Origin: Nibricoccus sp.
GTDB lineage: Bacteria; Verrucomicrobiota; Verrucomicrobiia; Opitutales; Opitutaceae
Assembly (NCBI GenBank): GCA_047602425.1
Contig: JASGHG010000001.1
Location: 2,464,001-2,528,000 of the forward strand
Direction: 5' to 3'
Length of the DNA: 64,000 nt
The position numbers and the translations under genes were made by a program. The notes below the pieces were generated by a model. It saw nothing but the letters and a program-made list of their open reading frames with translations, searched no databases and was not told the DNA's origin. Below, piece after piece: positions 1-10,111 of this stretch. Each line of letters opens with the position of its first letter. Within the stretch, counting starts at the first letter, position 1.

Positions 1-20
1 GCGCAAGCTCACGAGATTCC

Positions 21-1064
21 ATGAGCAGCGCACTAGTCACAGGCGGCACTGGTTTTCTAGGACGACGGCTTGTCGAGCGTTTGCTCGCGCAAGGTCGGTC
101 AGTGGCTTTTTTGGCGCGGCATCCAGCGGCAGAGTTGGAGCGTCAAGGCGCACGGTTTATTTGTGCCAGCCTAGACGACCCGGATGACATCCACAAAGCA
201 TGTGCGGACGTGGAAACCGTTTTCCATGTCGCCGCGAAAGTCGGCGTTTGGGGACGCTACGACGATTATTTCGCAACCAATGTGCTGGGCACACGCGCGC
301 TTCTCGAAGGGTGCCGCAAGCACGGCGTCAAAAACTTCATCTACACGAGCACCCCGAGTGTGATCTACAACGGTTTCGACTTGGCCGACGCCGACGAAAA
401 TTATCCCCTGACCGACGAGTGCCCGAGTCCCTATCCGTTGACCAAGGCCGTCGCCGAGCGCGAGGTGCTTGAGGCTAATTCGGAGGCTTTGCGCACCGTG
501 GCCTTGCGGCCGCATTTGATCTGGGGCGTGGGCGATCCGCACCTTGTACCGCGCGTGCTGGAACGGGCCCGAGCCGGACGGTTGCGCATCGTCGGTGACG
601 GCAAAAACCGTGTCGATATGGTCCACGTCGAGAACGCCGTCGATGCACAGTTGCTTGCCGAGAAAGCCCTCGACGGCTGCGCACCTGGCAAGGCCTATTT
701 TATCACCAACGATGAACCGACGCTGCTCTGGGGTTGGATCAACCAATTGCTATCGGCGCTCGGCGAACGGCCGGTGGAAAAACAGCTATCGTTGCGCACT
801 GCCTCCACGATCGGCTTCGCTTGCGAAACGCTTTGGCGTATTTTTCCGTTAAAAGGCGAGCCGCCCATGACCCGCTTTGTCGCGGCGGAGCTGGCAAAGG
901 ATCATTGGTTCAACATCACCGCAGCGAAACGCGATCTGGGTTATCGCCCGCGGATTAGCATGGCGGAAGGCACGATCGAATTGATCGCCCATCTTAAGAA
1001 ACAGGCTGGCCTCTCAGCGGAAGATTCGCCGATCTCATTCCCACCGACAAACCGGACCGCGTGA
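21..1064 (+). CDS. oleD: Extended SDR / 3-beta-HSD family NAD(P)-dependent reductase, OleD-like (2-alkyl-3-oxoalkanoate reductase of olefin biosynthesis)
   Basis: TGGTGFLG Rossmann motif and YPLTK catalytic YxxxK. Segments FHVAAKVGVWG, YTSTPSV, LRPHLIWG.GD, ARAGRLRIVGDG.N.VD, GKAYFI.N.EP and RDLGY.P closely follow OleD proteins as I recall them. Any upstream ole genes would lie outside the window. Confidence 0.7.
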   Translation: MSSALVTGGTGFLGRRLVERLLAQGRSVAFLARHPAAELERQGARFICASLDDPDDIHKACADVETVFHVAAKVGVWGRYDDYFATNVLGTRALLEGCRKHGVKNFIYTSTPSVIYNGFDLADADENYPLTDECPSPYPLTKAVAEREVLEANSEALRTVALRPHLIWGVGDPHLVPRVLERARAGRLRIVGDGKNRVDMVHVENAVDAQLLAEKALDGCAPGKAYFITNDEPTLLWGWINQLLSALGERPVEKQLSLRTASTIGFACETLWRIFPLKGEPPMTRFVAAELAKDHWFNITAAKRDLGYRPRISMAEGTIELIAHLKKQAGLSAEDSPISFPPTNRTA

Positions 1065-1321
1065 GCGCGCTACTGCGCTCAGTGCGCGACCTTGGGCTCA
1101 CGTATCGGTGTCGCCGGAGAAGGCTGAAGGCGCCACTATAACAAACTACAGATTAACCTGTTATGAAATCATTCGGCCCGGTGTAAGGATTTCGGATTCA
1201 CATAAAAACTGACAAAGATGCCTACACCTTGCAAAAATCGAAACATCTAAACATAAGATTTTATTAATAAGATACTTATATAATATCTATTGCCTCGATT
1301 GTCCAAAATTGAGGGCTTCTT

Positions 1322-1338
1322 TGTCAGAAAACCTTACA
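1322..1338. promoter_or_regulatory. Putative sigma54 enhancer-binding-protein site (TGT-N11-ACA), likely PrsR target
   Basis: TGTCAGAAAACCTTACA, about 100 bp upstream of the sigma54 -24/-12 box in an AT-rich intergenic region. Degenerate copies at 1182-1198 (TGTAAGGATTTCGGATT, opposite orientation) and 1210-1226 (TGACAAAGATGCCTACA). Confidence 0.6.
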
Positions 1339-1437
1339 ATCGATTTTGCCGAAATAAAAACAATAGCCGGGAAAATAGATATTTTAAGCCGCTAATTTTA
1401 AGCAGCTTACAAAATCAAAAAATGCACATTTTTTGCA

Positions 1438-1455
1438 TTGGCATGTAAGTGGCTT
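1438..1455 (+). promoter_or_regulatory. sigma54 (-24/-12) promoter of the VPDSG-CTERM gene
   Basis: TTGGCATGTAAGTGGCTT: GG at 1440-1441 and GC at 1452-1453 with the canonical 10-nt spacing, about 30 bp upstream of the ATG at 1483 and next to a sigma54 activator gene. Confidence 0.75.
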
Positions 1456-1482
1456 TAGAACGGGTCAGGCTAAAAACTTAAA

Positions 1483-2181
1483 ATGAAAACATCCCTCAAA
1501 GCACTTGCATTGGTAGCGGCTCTTTCTAGCGCTATTTCAATTGTCCACGCAGATTCACTGACCCTGACATCTGATCCCAACTATTCTAACGAAGTATCCG
1601 GAGGCGGCGCGTACATCGCCAAGATCCTCAGCGGTCCGGCCAACAATTGGGACTACTCTGGCCCAGCCAAGATCGGCACCGACAGCTTCTTGACTTTCTG
1701 CATCGAAAAGAACGAAGGCTTCAATTCCACCAGCACCTACAACTACACATTGATCAACGGTGCCATGAACGGTGGTCTCGGCGGCCAAACCTCCTTGAAC
1801 TACGATGGCGTTTCGAATGCCACCGCGTTCCTCTACTCGGTCTTCGCTCAGGGCAACTTGGGTGGCGTTCTTGGCTTCACCTACGACAACACCGCCACGG
1901 GTTACAGCTACCTTCAGACCGCCATCTGGCATCTCGAAGGCGAGCTCGACACCGGCAATGCTCTGTCCGATTGGGTTAAATCCTACCTCGGCGCGGACTG
2001 GGCGGCTGACAACAATGGCGCTTTCGGCGTCCTTGCTCTGCACCTCACGGATGAGCGCCAGGGCTTGGTTCAGGATCAGCTCTACTTCCATCGCGTTCCT
2101 GATCAGGGCTGGACGGTTGCCTTTATCGGCCTCGTTTTGCTCGGCGTTGCCAGCTTCCGCAAATTCTCCTTCTCGAAATAA
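1483..2181 (+). CDS. Secreted VPDSG-CTERM (PEP-CTERM-like) exosortase substrate; possible Cys-Gln thioester-domain protein
   Basis: N-terminal signal peptide (ends ...IVHA). C-terminal VPDQG, then a hydrophobic helix and a basic tail (FRKFSFSK). Internal FCIE and LQTAIW motifs. Confidence 0.9.
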   Translation: MKTSLKALALVAALSSAISIVHADSLTLTSDPNYSNEVSGGGAYIAKILSGPANNWDYSGPAKIGTDSFLTFCIEKNEGFNSTSTYNYTLINGAMNGGLGGQTSLNYDGVSNATAFLYSVFAQGNLGGVLGFTYDNTATGYSYLQTAIWHLEGELDTGNALSDWVKSYLGADWAADNNGAFGVLALHLTDERQGLVQDQLYFHRVPDQGWTVAFIGLVLLGVASFRKFSFSK

Positions 2182-2206
2182 TTCGAGCGAGAATCGTTTG
2201 AAATTT

Positions 2207-2236
2207 GGCACCCGGATTTTCCGGGTGCCTTTTTTT
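2207..2236 (+). terminator. Rho-independent terminator
   Basis: GGCACCCGGA-TTT-TCCGGGTGCC 10-bp stem followed by a T7 tract, about 25 bp after the stop codon at 2181. Confidence 0.9.
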
Positions 2237-2389
2237 GCGTCGATTTTTTGGTTCCGGCTGGTGGAGGCAGACGCCCTTACATCCATTCAACAGCCTGAGT
2301 TGCCGGGTTGATCGAAGAACCGTGGTTCACCAGCGCGGACCGTGGAATCCATAAATCCCCTTTGGCGGGGGTTGTTTGTTCGGCAGAGG

Positions 2390-3754
2390 CTATTCAGATT
2401 CGTTCTTACTGATGCCGAGCTTTTCCATGAGTTCGTAGAAGGTGGGGCGACTGATGCCGAGTTCGGCGGCGGCGGCGGAAATTTTATTGTTATGTTTTCG
2501 AAGCGATTGCTGAAGCATGTCGCGCTCCAGTGCTTCGCGGGCTTCCTTGAGCGTGCCGCCTCCGCGGGTGGTGGCGTGGGTGCTGGTGAGTTCGAGGTCT
2601 TGGGCAGTCAGGCGTTTTTCACCGCCCATGATCACGGCCCGGCGCACACGATTCTGCAATTCGCGGATGTTGCCCGGCCAGTCGTGTCGCTGGATGGCAC
2701 GTTGGGCCTCGGGCGCAAAACTGAGTCCCGTCTTGCCGCTCTCCTTGGCGAATTGTTGGAGGAACGATTGCGCGAGGAAGAGGATGTCTCCTTCACGATT
2801 GCGCAGGGCGGGCAGCACAATTTGCACCACCGCGAGACGGTAGAAGAGATCCTCGCGGAAGGTGCCGCCAACCATGCCTTTTTTCAGATCGGCATTGGTT
2901 GCGGCGATCACGCGGGTGTCGACCGGGATTTCCTGGCGTCCACCGACGCGTTCGATGCAGCGTTCCTGAAGGAATCTTAGGAGCTTGACTTGGATCGGCA
3001 GTGGAATTTCGCCGATTTCGTCGAGAAAAAGAGTGCCGCCCGAAGCGGTTTCAATCCGTCCTTTGCGCTGGACGTGTGCGCCGGTGAAGGAGCCTTTTTC
3101 GTGACCGAAGAGTTCGCTTTCGATGAGCGTCTCCGGAATCGCGCTGCAATTGATGGCGACGAACGGACCATCCTTGCGCGTGCTCCGGTTGTGAATGGCG
3201 CGGGCGGTCATTTCCTTGCCAGTGCCGCTTTCTCCGAGGATGAGGACGGGAGCGTCGACGGTGGCAACCTTGCGGATCGTGTCGAAGACGATTTGCATGG
3301 GCGCGCTGGTTCCGAGAATGCCGTCGAAGACCTCGCCTTGAAGGCGGCCTTGGACATCACGGTATTCGCGTTCCAGCTGGGCTACATGGAAGCAACGCTT
3401 CAGGAGGAGCTTCAGCTCGACCATTTCCACGGGCTTGCCGAGGAAATCGTAAGCGCCGGCACCGACCGCTTGAAGGGCGTTAAATTTTTCGCCCTGACCG
3501 GAAATGATCACGATTTTCGTCAGCGGATCGAGGGCGAGCAATTCCGCGAGCGTGGCTAGCCCTTCATCGGACTTGGCGGGATTGGGCGGCAGTCCCAGGT
3601 CGAGAAGAACGACGGAGGGTTTGGCGATGCGGGCTTGTTCGACCGCTTGCGCACGGTCGCCCGCTTGCAGAATTTCATAGTCCTGCGTCAGCGCCCATTT
3701 CATTTGCGTGCGGATTTCGTCGTCGTCGTCGACGATGAGGAGTTTGGGTTTCAT
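2390..3754 (-). CDS. prsR: PEP-CTERM-associated sigma54-dependent response regulator (REC-AAA+-Fis HTH)
   Basis: Receiver motifs LLIVDDD and LLDLGLPP, Walker [24 protein letters not shown] loop, [24 protein letters not shown]. Overlaps the prsK stop (TGATG). Confidence 0.92.
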   Translation of the reverse strand: MKPKLLIVDDDDEIRTQMKWALTQDYEILQAGDRAQAVEQARIAKPSVVLLDLGLPPNPAKSDEGLATLAELLALDPLTKIVIISGQGEKFNALQAVGAGAYDFLGKPVEMVELKLLLKRCFHVAQLEREYRDVQGRLQGEVFDGILGTSAPMQIVFDTIRKVATVDAPVLILGESGTGKEMTARAIHNRSTRKDGPFVAINCSAIPETLIESELFGHEKGSFTGAHVQRKGRIETASGGTLFLDEIGEIPLPIQVKLLRFLQERCIERVGGRQEIPVDTRVIAATNADLKKGMVGGTFREDLFYRLAVVQIVLPALRNREGDILFLAQSFLQQFAKESGKTGLSFAPEAQRAIQRHDWPGNIRELQNRVRRAVIMGGEKRLTAQDLELTSTHATTRGGGTLKEAREALERDMLQQSLRKHNNKISAAAAELGISRPTFYELMEKLGISKNESE

Positions 3755-5865
3755 CAGGTGCCTGGGGGAAGGGGGAGGGATACGCGAAAGGTGGTGCCTT
3801 GCCCGGGAGTGCTTTCGACCGCAATGCGGCCGCCATGGGCTTCAATAATCATCCTGCTTTGAAACATGCCGATGCCGAGCCCGTTTTTCTTGGTTGTTTG
3901 AAAGGGGCGAAAGAGCGATTTGCCGAGAAATTCTGGAGACATGCCACAACCATTGTCGGTCGCGGTGAGTACGGCCCAGTCGCCCTGCCGGCCCGTGGAG
4001 AGTCGGAGACGACCCTGGCCATTGGTGGCTTCGTGGGCGTTGAGCACGAGATTGGTGACAACTTTGCTGAACTGTTCTGAATCGACAAACAGACGTGGCA
4101 GCGGAGTCAGGGCGGTTTCGAGGGTGAACGTGGGGCCTGGTTCGAAACCGGCCAGCGCCGCGGTGACGACTGCGTTGAGGTCGGCTTCGGAGGACTGGAT
4201 TTTCAGCTCCCGACGCAGTTCGCTGAGCCGGCTAATGAGATTGTTGATGTGTGCAACGGATTTGCCGACGCCACGGAGAGCATCCTGCCGGAACTCGGGG
4301 TCGTCGAAGTGCGTGGGCAGGTTTTGCAGCATCAGGCTCAACGTCGAGGCGGCGTTCTTCAAATCATGCACGAAGAATGCTGCCATGGTTTGAAACGCCT
4401 CGTGTTCGCGAGATTGCAGTAGACGCTGTGAAAGGCGCACGTTGAGCAGGCCGGAGGCGACGTGTTCGCCGATGGATTTGAGCAAATCGCAATCCTGGAT
4501 CGTAAAGGAGGTTCCCGCCACGCGGTCGCCAAGCATGATGAAGGCGAGGACTTCGCCGCGACTCACGATGGGAACGCAGACACGGTTTCCGCCCTTGTGA
4601 AATTCGTCCGGATGGCAGCGGCGAAGGATGACCGCCCACATCTCGCCGGCTTTCTCGATATCGACTGGGTCGGTATGGCTGCGCAGATATTTGATGACGA
4701 TCTCGGTTCCGGCGGCGTCGGGTTTGAGCGTGCGTGCTTTTTCGGCGGATAACGAAGTGGAGGCGGCAAGGGCAACTTCCCCGCGCCGTTCGTCAAGCAC
4801 CCAGAGTGAGACGCAAAGGGCCTTGAACGTGTCGGCGAGCAGCATGACGACGGCTTGGCTGAAGTCGGTTTGTTCGACGCGCGAAGCGGTGCCTTCGGTG
4901 AAACGGCGCCACACCGCCTGATAGTCGTAAAGCGGACGCTTGAAATGACGGCTGACGAAACGCCGCAGGTGAAGATTGACGCGGTCCGATTGCAGGAGGA
5001 CGGCGAGGCTGACCACGGCGGCGAGGGTCGCAAAGGCCTTGAGTTCGAACGAACCTTCGCTGCCAAAGTGCCGGGCGAACGAGGCAAGCAGGCCGACCAC
5101 GAACAAATATATACCGGCAATAACGATTGTGACGGTTCCCTGCAGAACGGATTGCGAAGGATGGACATTAAGAGCGAGCGGTTCGTCGCGAAAGATCGAG
5201 CGAAAGATGAGCAAGGCCGCAACGAGCAGGCCGCAGGAGTTCAACGATTCCATGGCCGGGGTGATTTCCCGGTAAAGCAGAGCCTGGCTGGCGGTGAAAA
5301 TGCGGATGATGAGCAGGACCGCCGCCCCCATGAGCATGAATTTTATCCGCCAGCGGATCAGGCCAACCGAGGCACGGAAACTCCGCTCGAGGTTCATCAG
5401 GACAAGGATCGCGCTAACCAATAGCAATAGATAGCGGAACATGCCGAAGCCGCCCAAGATGAAATGCGGCATGGGGTCGGGTTTGTTGTCGTAGGCGATG
5501 ATGGGCAGGCTTTGTGGGAAAATCACGCTGATGCCGACCGGCAGAATAAAGGCCGCTACTAATATCCATCGCCAACGCGATACACATTCACGGGCGTTTT
5601 CCCGGGCATAGGTAAGGCTGAACAGAAGCCAGAAGCCTGGAAGGAACGCCGCTCCGATGCCGCAGGCATGCAACCATTGGGCGAGGTGTCCGAAGGCGGC
5701 CTGGTTTGAAGCGAAGCCGCAGAACGTGCGCTCGACGGCCAAGGTCAACATGCCACCGACAAACGCCCACATGGCAATGGAGCGTCGGGCCCGCAAGGCC
5801 GCGATCAACGCCAGCACGCCGGCGCCCATGGCGCTCAGAAAGGCGAGAATCTCGGCGGTGTGCAT
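3754..5865 (-). CDS. prsK: PEP-CTERM-associated membrane sensor histidine kinase (multi-TM, GAF, HisKA, HATPase)
   Basis: Multiple N-terminal TM segments, a GAF-like region, H-box AAFFVHDLKN, NLVLNA, DNGCGM, PFQTTK..GLGIG. Directly upstream of prsR. Confidence 0.92.
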   Translation of the reverse strand: MHTAEILAFLSAMGAGVLALIAALRARRSIAMWAFVGGMLTLAVERTFCGFASNQAAFGHLAQWLHACGIGAAFLPGFWLLFSLTYARENARECVSRWRWILVAAFILPVGISVIFPQSLPIIAYDNKPDPMPHFILGGFGMFRYLLLLVSAILVLMNLERSFRASVGLIRWRIKFMLMGAAVLLIIRIFTASQALLYREITPAMESLNSCGLLVAALLIFRSIFRDEPLALNVHPSQSVLQGTVTIVIAGIYLFVVGLLASFARHFGSEGSFELKAFATLAAVVSLAVLLQSDRVNLHLRRFVSRHFKRPLYDYQAVWRRFTEGTASRVEQTDFSQAVVMLLADTFKALCVSLWVLDERRGEVALAASTSLSAEKARTLKPDAAGTEIVIKYLRSHTDPVDIEKAGEMWAVILRRCHPDEFHKGGNRVCVPIVSRGEVLAFIMLGDRVAGTSFTIQDCDLLKSIGEHVASGLLNVRLSQRLLQSREHEAFQTMAAFFVHDLKNAASTLSLMLQNLPTHFDDPEFRQDALRGVGKSVAHINNLISRLSELRRELKIQSSEADLNAVVTAALAGFEPGPTFTLETALTPLPRLFVDSEQFSKVVTNLVLNAHEATNGQGRLRLSTGRQGDWAVLTATDNGCGMSPEFLGKSLFRPFQTTKKNGLGIGMFQSRMIIEAHGGRIAVESTPGQGTTFRVSLPLPPGT

Positions 5866-5918
5866 GCGGTCGGCGAGGCAGCGGTCCTACGTGAGGCGAT
5901 GAGGGGCCAGTCGGCTGG

Positions 5919-8900
5919 TTATTTTGGACCGGAGAGGACTTTGCGAGCCTCGGCCGCCAAATCGGGACGCAAGCCGGAATCGATCGCTTTCTGCAGCGAT
6001 TGTCGGGCGCCGGCGGTGTCTTTTGATTGTTGTTGGGCGAGGCCCAAATAGTAGAGCAGTTCGGGATCGTTGGCTTTTGCCGGTACGGCCTGTTTTAGGA
6101 GAGTGACCGCACGGCTTGGCTCCCCGCCTTTTTTGAAAAGCAGGATGCCGAGGGCGCGGGCGATTTCAGGATCGTTGGGCAGAGCGGCACGGGCTTGTTG
6201 CGCGAGTTCGTAGGCCTTGGCGTCAAAAGTCGGTTGAGCGGCGGCGAGGACGGCGATGCGGGCTTTGGCTGGAATAAAATCAGGGAACCGGGCCAGCGCT
6301 TTTTCACACGCCTGGCGGGCGCCGGCGAAATCGCCCTGTTGTTCGAGAAGGGCCGCCGAGGCCATAAGCGCGGCGACATGGTTAGGGTCGGCGGCGAGGA
6401 CTTGTTGAATCTGGCCGACAGCGGAGGGCTTCGGCGCCTGCGACAGATCGATCATCTCCAGCAAGGTGCGGATTTGGGAAGCGTCCGGCGCATTGAGGGG
6501 TATGGCGATTGGTTTGGCTTCGAGTAAACTCAACGCTTTTTGCAGATTGGCTTCGGCATCCGCGACGCGTCCGACGGCGTAGTAGGCGAGACCGGCTTCA
6601 TGGAGTAACGCAGGATCGTCGGGTAGTTTTTGCGTCGCTTCGGAGAGAAGGCTGGCGGCCCAACCGTAGTCTCCGGACTGATAGGCGATTTGCCCGAGGG
6701 TGTGTGCTATGGTGGGGTCATCTGGTTCGATTTTGCGGGCGGCGCGGGCGGCTTCAAGCGCCTTGGCGGTGTCCTTGGAGAGAGCATGAAGGCGGGCGAG
6801 GCGGATGAGAGGCGTGGCATTGGCGGGGTTGGCCGCCGCGGCTTTTTGCAGCGTGGCGATGGCTTTGGGGCGGGCGCCATCACGCTCCTCGAACGCAGCG
6901 AGACGGGTGAGTGCAGTCGGATCGTTCGGCTGCGCTGTGAGGATCTTTTCCAGGAGCGCGCGATTTTCCGCTGTGGCGGAGTCGGGCGTCAGGCTCAGCA
7001 TGGCCAGCCGTTGTTGGTTTTCCTGTAGTTCGGGAAAGTCTTTGCCGAGATCGGCGGCTTGTTGGAAGGCAAGGCGGGCGGGTTCTTCCTGGCCCAACAT
7101 GCATCGGGCCATGCCGAGATGGAAAAAAATCGTCGGCGAATCAGTCAGTTTGGAGGCGCTTTCTTCAAGCAGGCTCAAGGCCCAGCGATATTGGCCTTTT
7201 TTGAACGCGATCCACGCGAGTGTGTCGGCCACGTGGGGTTCTTGAGGCATAAGTTCGCGGGCTTTCTGCGCGGCGGCGAGAGCTTTTTCGGGTTCATTGA
7301 GTTGATCGGAGTAGAGGCAGGCGAGATTGTTGTAGGCGCTGCCGATGCGTGGATCGACGGCGATGATTTTTTCGTAGGCGTCCCGAGCGGCGGGATAATT
7401 TTTGCGTTGTTCGTAAATCTGGGCGGTGAGCATCCAGGCGCCAACGTCGCGTGGATTTTTGCCAACGACCGTCTGCAGGTTCGCCAGCGCTTTTTCGTCC
7501 TCGTGGGACTGGAGATAGAGCTGGGCGAGCAGCATGCAGGCCTCGGTGTTGTCGGGCTGGAGTTCGACGGCCTTGAGGAGTTCGGCGGTGGCGCGAGCTG
7601 TATCTTTTTTCATGATACAGATTTTTCCGAGGAGGGTGTGTGCGCCGGCGGAAGAGGGATTGCGGACGAGTTCGGTTTCAACGCGGCGGAGGGCATCGTC
7701 GAGCTTGTTTTCCACCAGATCGAGCGTGGCCAGGCGTTCGAGGGCCGGGACGAGGCCGGGCGAGCGGGCGAGCGCCTGGTTGAACGCCTGTCTTGCCTCA
7801 GCCGGCTGGTTAAGCTGGAGGTGAACAAGGCCGGTGAGCAGGGCGTTTTGCGCATTTCCGGGAAAATCGACTTCGAGCTGTCGGTATATTTTCAGCGCTT
7901 CGTCGAAATTCTTTTGCATGCGATGCGTTTCAGCGAGGAGCAGGCGGGCCTGGCTGTTCTTGGGCTGTTGTTGAACGAGCGGTTTGAGCAGAACGAGCGC
8001 CGCGCTGGGATCGCCCGTGCGCAGATTCAAGTTGGCGAGCGCAAGTGTGGCCTCGGTCTGGCCGGGCATCAGGGAAAGGGTCTGACGAAGGCTGTTCGCC
8101 GCGGCGGTGGCGTTGCCGGCGGCGAGGTAGGCAAGACCAAGCTGATAATGCGCGAGCGGCGTGCGGGGATAGATTTTGAGGAGACGCTCGAGCTCCTCGA
8201 TCGCTTTGGCGGTGTTGCCTTGGGCGAGTTGCAGGCGGCCGCGGATGAAAAGCGCTTCGAGATTTTGCGGGTCCCGCAACAGGATTTTTTCAATATAGTC
8301 CGCGGAAGCCTTATATTGTTTTTCCATCAAGGCGACCTCCGCAAGCATGGTCCCGGGCGTGAGATAGTCCGGCGTGGAGCGGGTCATTTCCTCAAGGTAG
8401 CGTTTCCCACCGGCTACATCGCCGGTTTGAATCATAAATTGGGCATATTGGAGGCGGAACGGAGAGCGCGTCGGTGAATTTTCCGCGCCCGATCGAAACG
8501 ATTCAATGGCGTGGGTTTTATCATTTTGTTGTAGATAAAGGTGTCCCAAGCCGCTGTGAGCCGCTGCAAACTTGGGGTTAAGCGTGAGAGCTTGGCGTAG
8601 GAGTGGTTCGGCGGCCTTGGCGTTTCCCTGACGCAGTTCCATCAGGCCAAGAGCGGTCAGCACGGGAGCGCCGGCCGGGAGCGTTTCAAAACGGCTGCGG
8701 AGGGCGGCCACATCTTTGGGTTTGGTCGTGGCTGCTGCGAGGACGAGCGGCGCCTCGGGGTCCTGCGGCCGATGGGTCAAAACGTAATCGGCCTCTGCTT
8801 GGGCGTCCTTCGGGTTGCCGACGAGGAGGTTGAGCTGGGCAATTTTTAAGCGGAGATCGAGATTGTCGGGCTGAAGTTCGCGGGCTTTCAAGACGAACGG

Positions 8901-9152
8901 AACGGCCTGGCCGATACGGCCTTGTTCGGCATAGATAAGGCCGAGCCGGGCAAAAGCCTGTGGGTTCTGGCCGTCGATCTTGAGGATGTTTTTGTAATTG
9001 ATCTCAGCCTCGTCGTATTTGCCGCTTTGAAAATTCCGATCGGCTTGTTCGAGGTAACGGGCCTTCTTGGCCTGTGGCGAGCAACCGCCAAGCACGAGGC
9101 CGCACAGCAGGGAGAAAGCAAGGACATGGACGGAGGCAAAACGTGTTCTCAT
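5919..9152 (-). CDS. prsT: TPR-repeat lipoprotein of the PEP-CTERM/exosortase system (PrsT-like)
   Basis: Start re-called at ATG 9152, which forms an ATGA overlap with the exosortase stop. This gives a lipoprotein signal MRTRFASVHVLAFSLLCGLVLGG|C followed by many tandem TPR repeats. Confidence 0.85.
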   Translation of the reverse strand: MRTRFASVHVLAFSLLCGLVLGGCSPQAKKARYLEQADRNFQSGKYDEAEINYKNILKIDGQNPQAFARLGLIYAEQGRIGQAVPFVLKARELQPDNLDLRLKIAQLNLLVGNPKDAQAEADYVLTHRPQDPEAPLVLAAATTKPKDVAALRSRFETLPAGAPVLTALGLMELRQGNAKAAEPLLRQALTLNPKFAAAHSGLGHLYLQQNDKTHAIESFRSGAENSPTRSPFRLQYAQFMIQTGDVAGGKRYLEEMTRSTPDYLTPGTMLAEVALMEKQYKASADYIEKILLRDPQNLEALFIRGRLQLAQGNTAKAIEELERLLKIYPRTPLAHYQLGLAYLAAGNATAAANSLRQTLSLMPGQTEATLALANLNLRTGDPSAALVLLKPLVQQQPKNSQARLLLAETHRMQKNFDEALKIYRQLEVDFPGNAQNALLTGLVHLQLNQPAEARQAFNQALARSPGLVPALERLATLDLVENKLDDALRRVETELVRNPSSAGAHTLLGKICIMKKDTARATAELLKAVELQPDNTEACMLLAQLYLQSHEDEKALANLQTVVGKNPRDVGAWMLTAQIYEQRKNYPAARDAYEKIIAVDPRIGSAYNNLACLYSDQLNEPEKALAAAQKARELMPQEPHVADTLAWIAFKKGQYRWALSLLEESASKLTDSPTIFFHLGMARCMLGQEEPARLAFQQAADLGKDFPELQENQQRLAMLSLTPDSATAENRALLEKILTAQPNDPTALTRLAAFEERDGARPKAIATLQKAAAANPANATPLIRLARLHALSKDTAKALEAARAARKIEPDDPTIAHTLGQIAYQSGDYGWAASLLSEATQKLPDDPALLHEAGLAYYAVGRVADAEANLQKALSLLEAKPIAIPLNAPDASQIRTLLEMIDLSQAPKPSAVGQIQQVLAADPNHVAALMASAALLEQQGDFAGARQACEKALARFPDFIPAKARIAVLAAAQPTFDAKAYELAQQARAALPNDPEIARALGILLFKKGGEPSRAVTLLKQAVPAKANDPELLYYLGLAQQQSKDTAGARQSLQKAIDSGLRPDLAAEARKVLSGPK

Positions 9153-10069
9153 GATTTTGTAGGGAGCGATTTGTTCTTGGACTTTCGTTCCAGCCGGATC
9201 AACAAAGCGAGCAGGAGGAAGAAAGGGACAAGGGAGATGACGAAAAATATGGGGCCGCCCTGGCGATGTATGTAGGAGTCGATCATTTCGGGGCCGATAT
9301 GCACGCAGAGTTCCCCGATGACAAAAACACGCAGGCCATTGCGCAACAGGGCCAGCGGGATGACTGCGAGAGCGAGAATGATACGCTTGCTGCGCGAACG
9401 CAAAACCAATTGCCCAGTGACAAGACTGGTGATCAGCAAGGCGAGGCTGGAGTGAATGCCGCTGCATTCGGGCGCGATTTGCAGTGTGATGCCGGGAAGC
9501 TGAAAGCTGAGTCCATTAGCATAGACCGTAGTTCCAGCCAGCATGAAAAAGAATCGCGCGGCGAGAGCGGAGCCGTGCTGAAGGAATGTCTCGGTCATCG
9601 TCTCGACCGCGGTGGGCAGCGGCACCATGAAGAGGAGGAAGGCCACTGGAAAGGCGATGGCGCGCAACATTTGACGACCCAGCAGCCAGGCGCAAAGGCC
9701 GGCGACGAAGCTGACGAGCGAGAGCGTGGTCAGCGCCAGATTATCGACGGGGGCGAGGTTTGCGCCGGAAAATTTTCCGAACCAATAGCCACCCGTCGAT
9801 GCGACTCCCATACCGAAACAGACGTACGCCGGCAGACGCCAGGGTGCGGCCACGGCGGGCAGCGATGCACGTTGCACCCAGATCAGATACGCGCTGACGA
9901 ACGGAATCAGGACGATGTGCGAGTAGAGCGAGCTTTGGACTGAAAACCGAACCAGCGAATAGAGGGGTAGGCTGAAAACCAGGACGAGTACCGTCAGTGG
10001 GACGATACATTTACGCAGGGCCTCGGCTTGATGTTGACGGCCTGGTTGCGTGGCTTGCGGGCTGGTCAT
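9149..10069 (-). CDS. Exosortase (probably the VPDSG-CTERM-specific type)
   Basis: Multi-TM protein with YSHIVLIP, FLLFMVPLP, catalytic IAPECSGIHSS, RNGLRV and YIH motifs. Adjacent to prsT/K/R and a VPDxG-CTERM gene. Confidence 0.92.
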   Translation of the reverse strand: MTSPQATQPGRQHQAEALRKCIVPLTVLVLVFSLPLYSLVRFSVQSSLYSHIVLIPFVSAYLIWVQRASLPAVAAPWRLPAYVCFGMGVASTGGYWFGKFSGANLAPVDNLALTTLSLVSFVAGLCAWLLGRQMLRAIAFPVAFLLFMVPLPTAVETMTETFLQHGSALAARFFFMLAGTTVYANGLSFQLPGITLQIAPECSGIHSSLALLITSLVTGQLVLRSRSKRIILALAVIPLALLRNGLRVFVIGELCVHIGPEMIDSYIHRQGGPIFFVISLVPFFLLLALLIRLERKSKNKSLPTKS

Positions 10070-10111
10070 TGCTAAGAACTATCGAGTGGTTGCGGGTACG
10101 ACAACGCTTTC

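Noticed and set aside
2354..2374. Possible terminator for prsR on the minus strand
   Set aside because: Only a 4-bp clean GC stem and a weak U-tract.
7059..8477. 472-aa plus-strand ORF (also 14039..15217, 44997..46256, 51732..52883 and similar)
   Set aside because: Antisense shadows of strongly supported minus-strand genes in GC-rich DNA, with no motifs of their own.
9153..9467. 105-aa N-terminal extension of the TPR protein
   Set aside because: It overlaps the exosortase. The ATG at 9152 gives an ATGA overlap and a clean lipoprotein signal.
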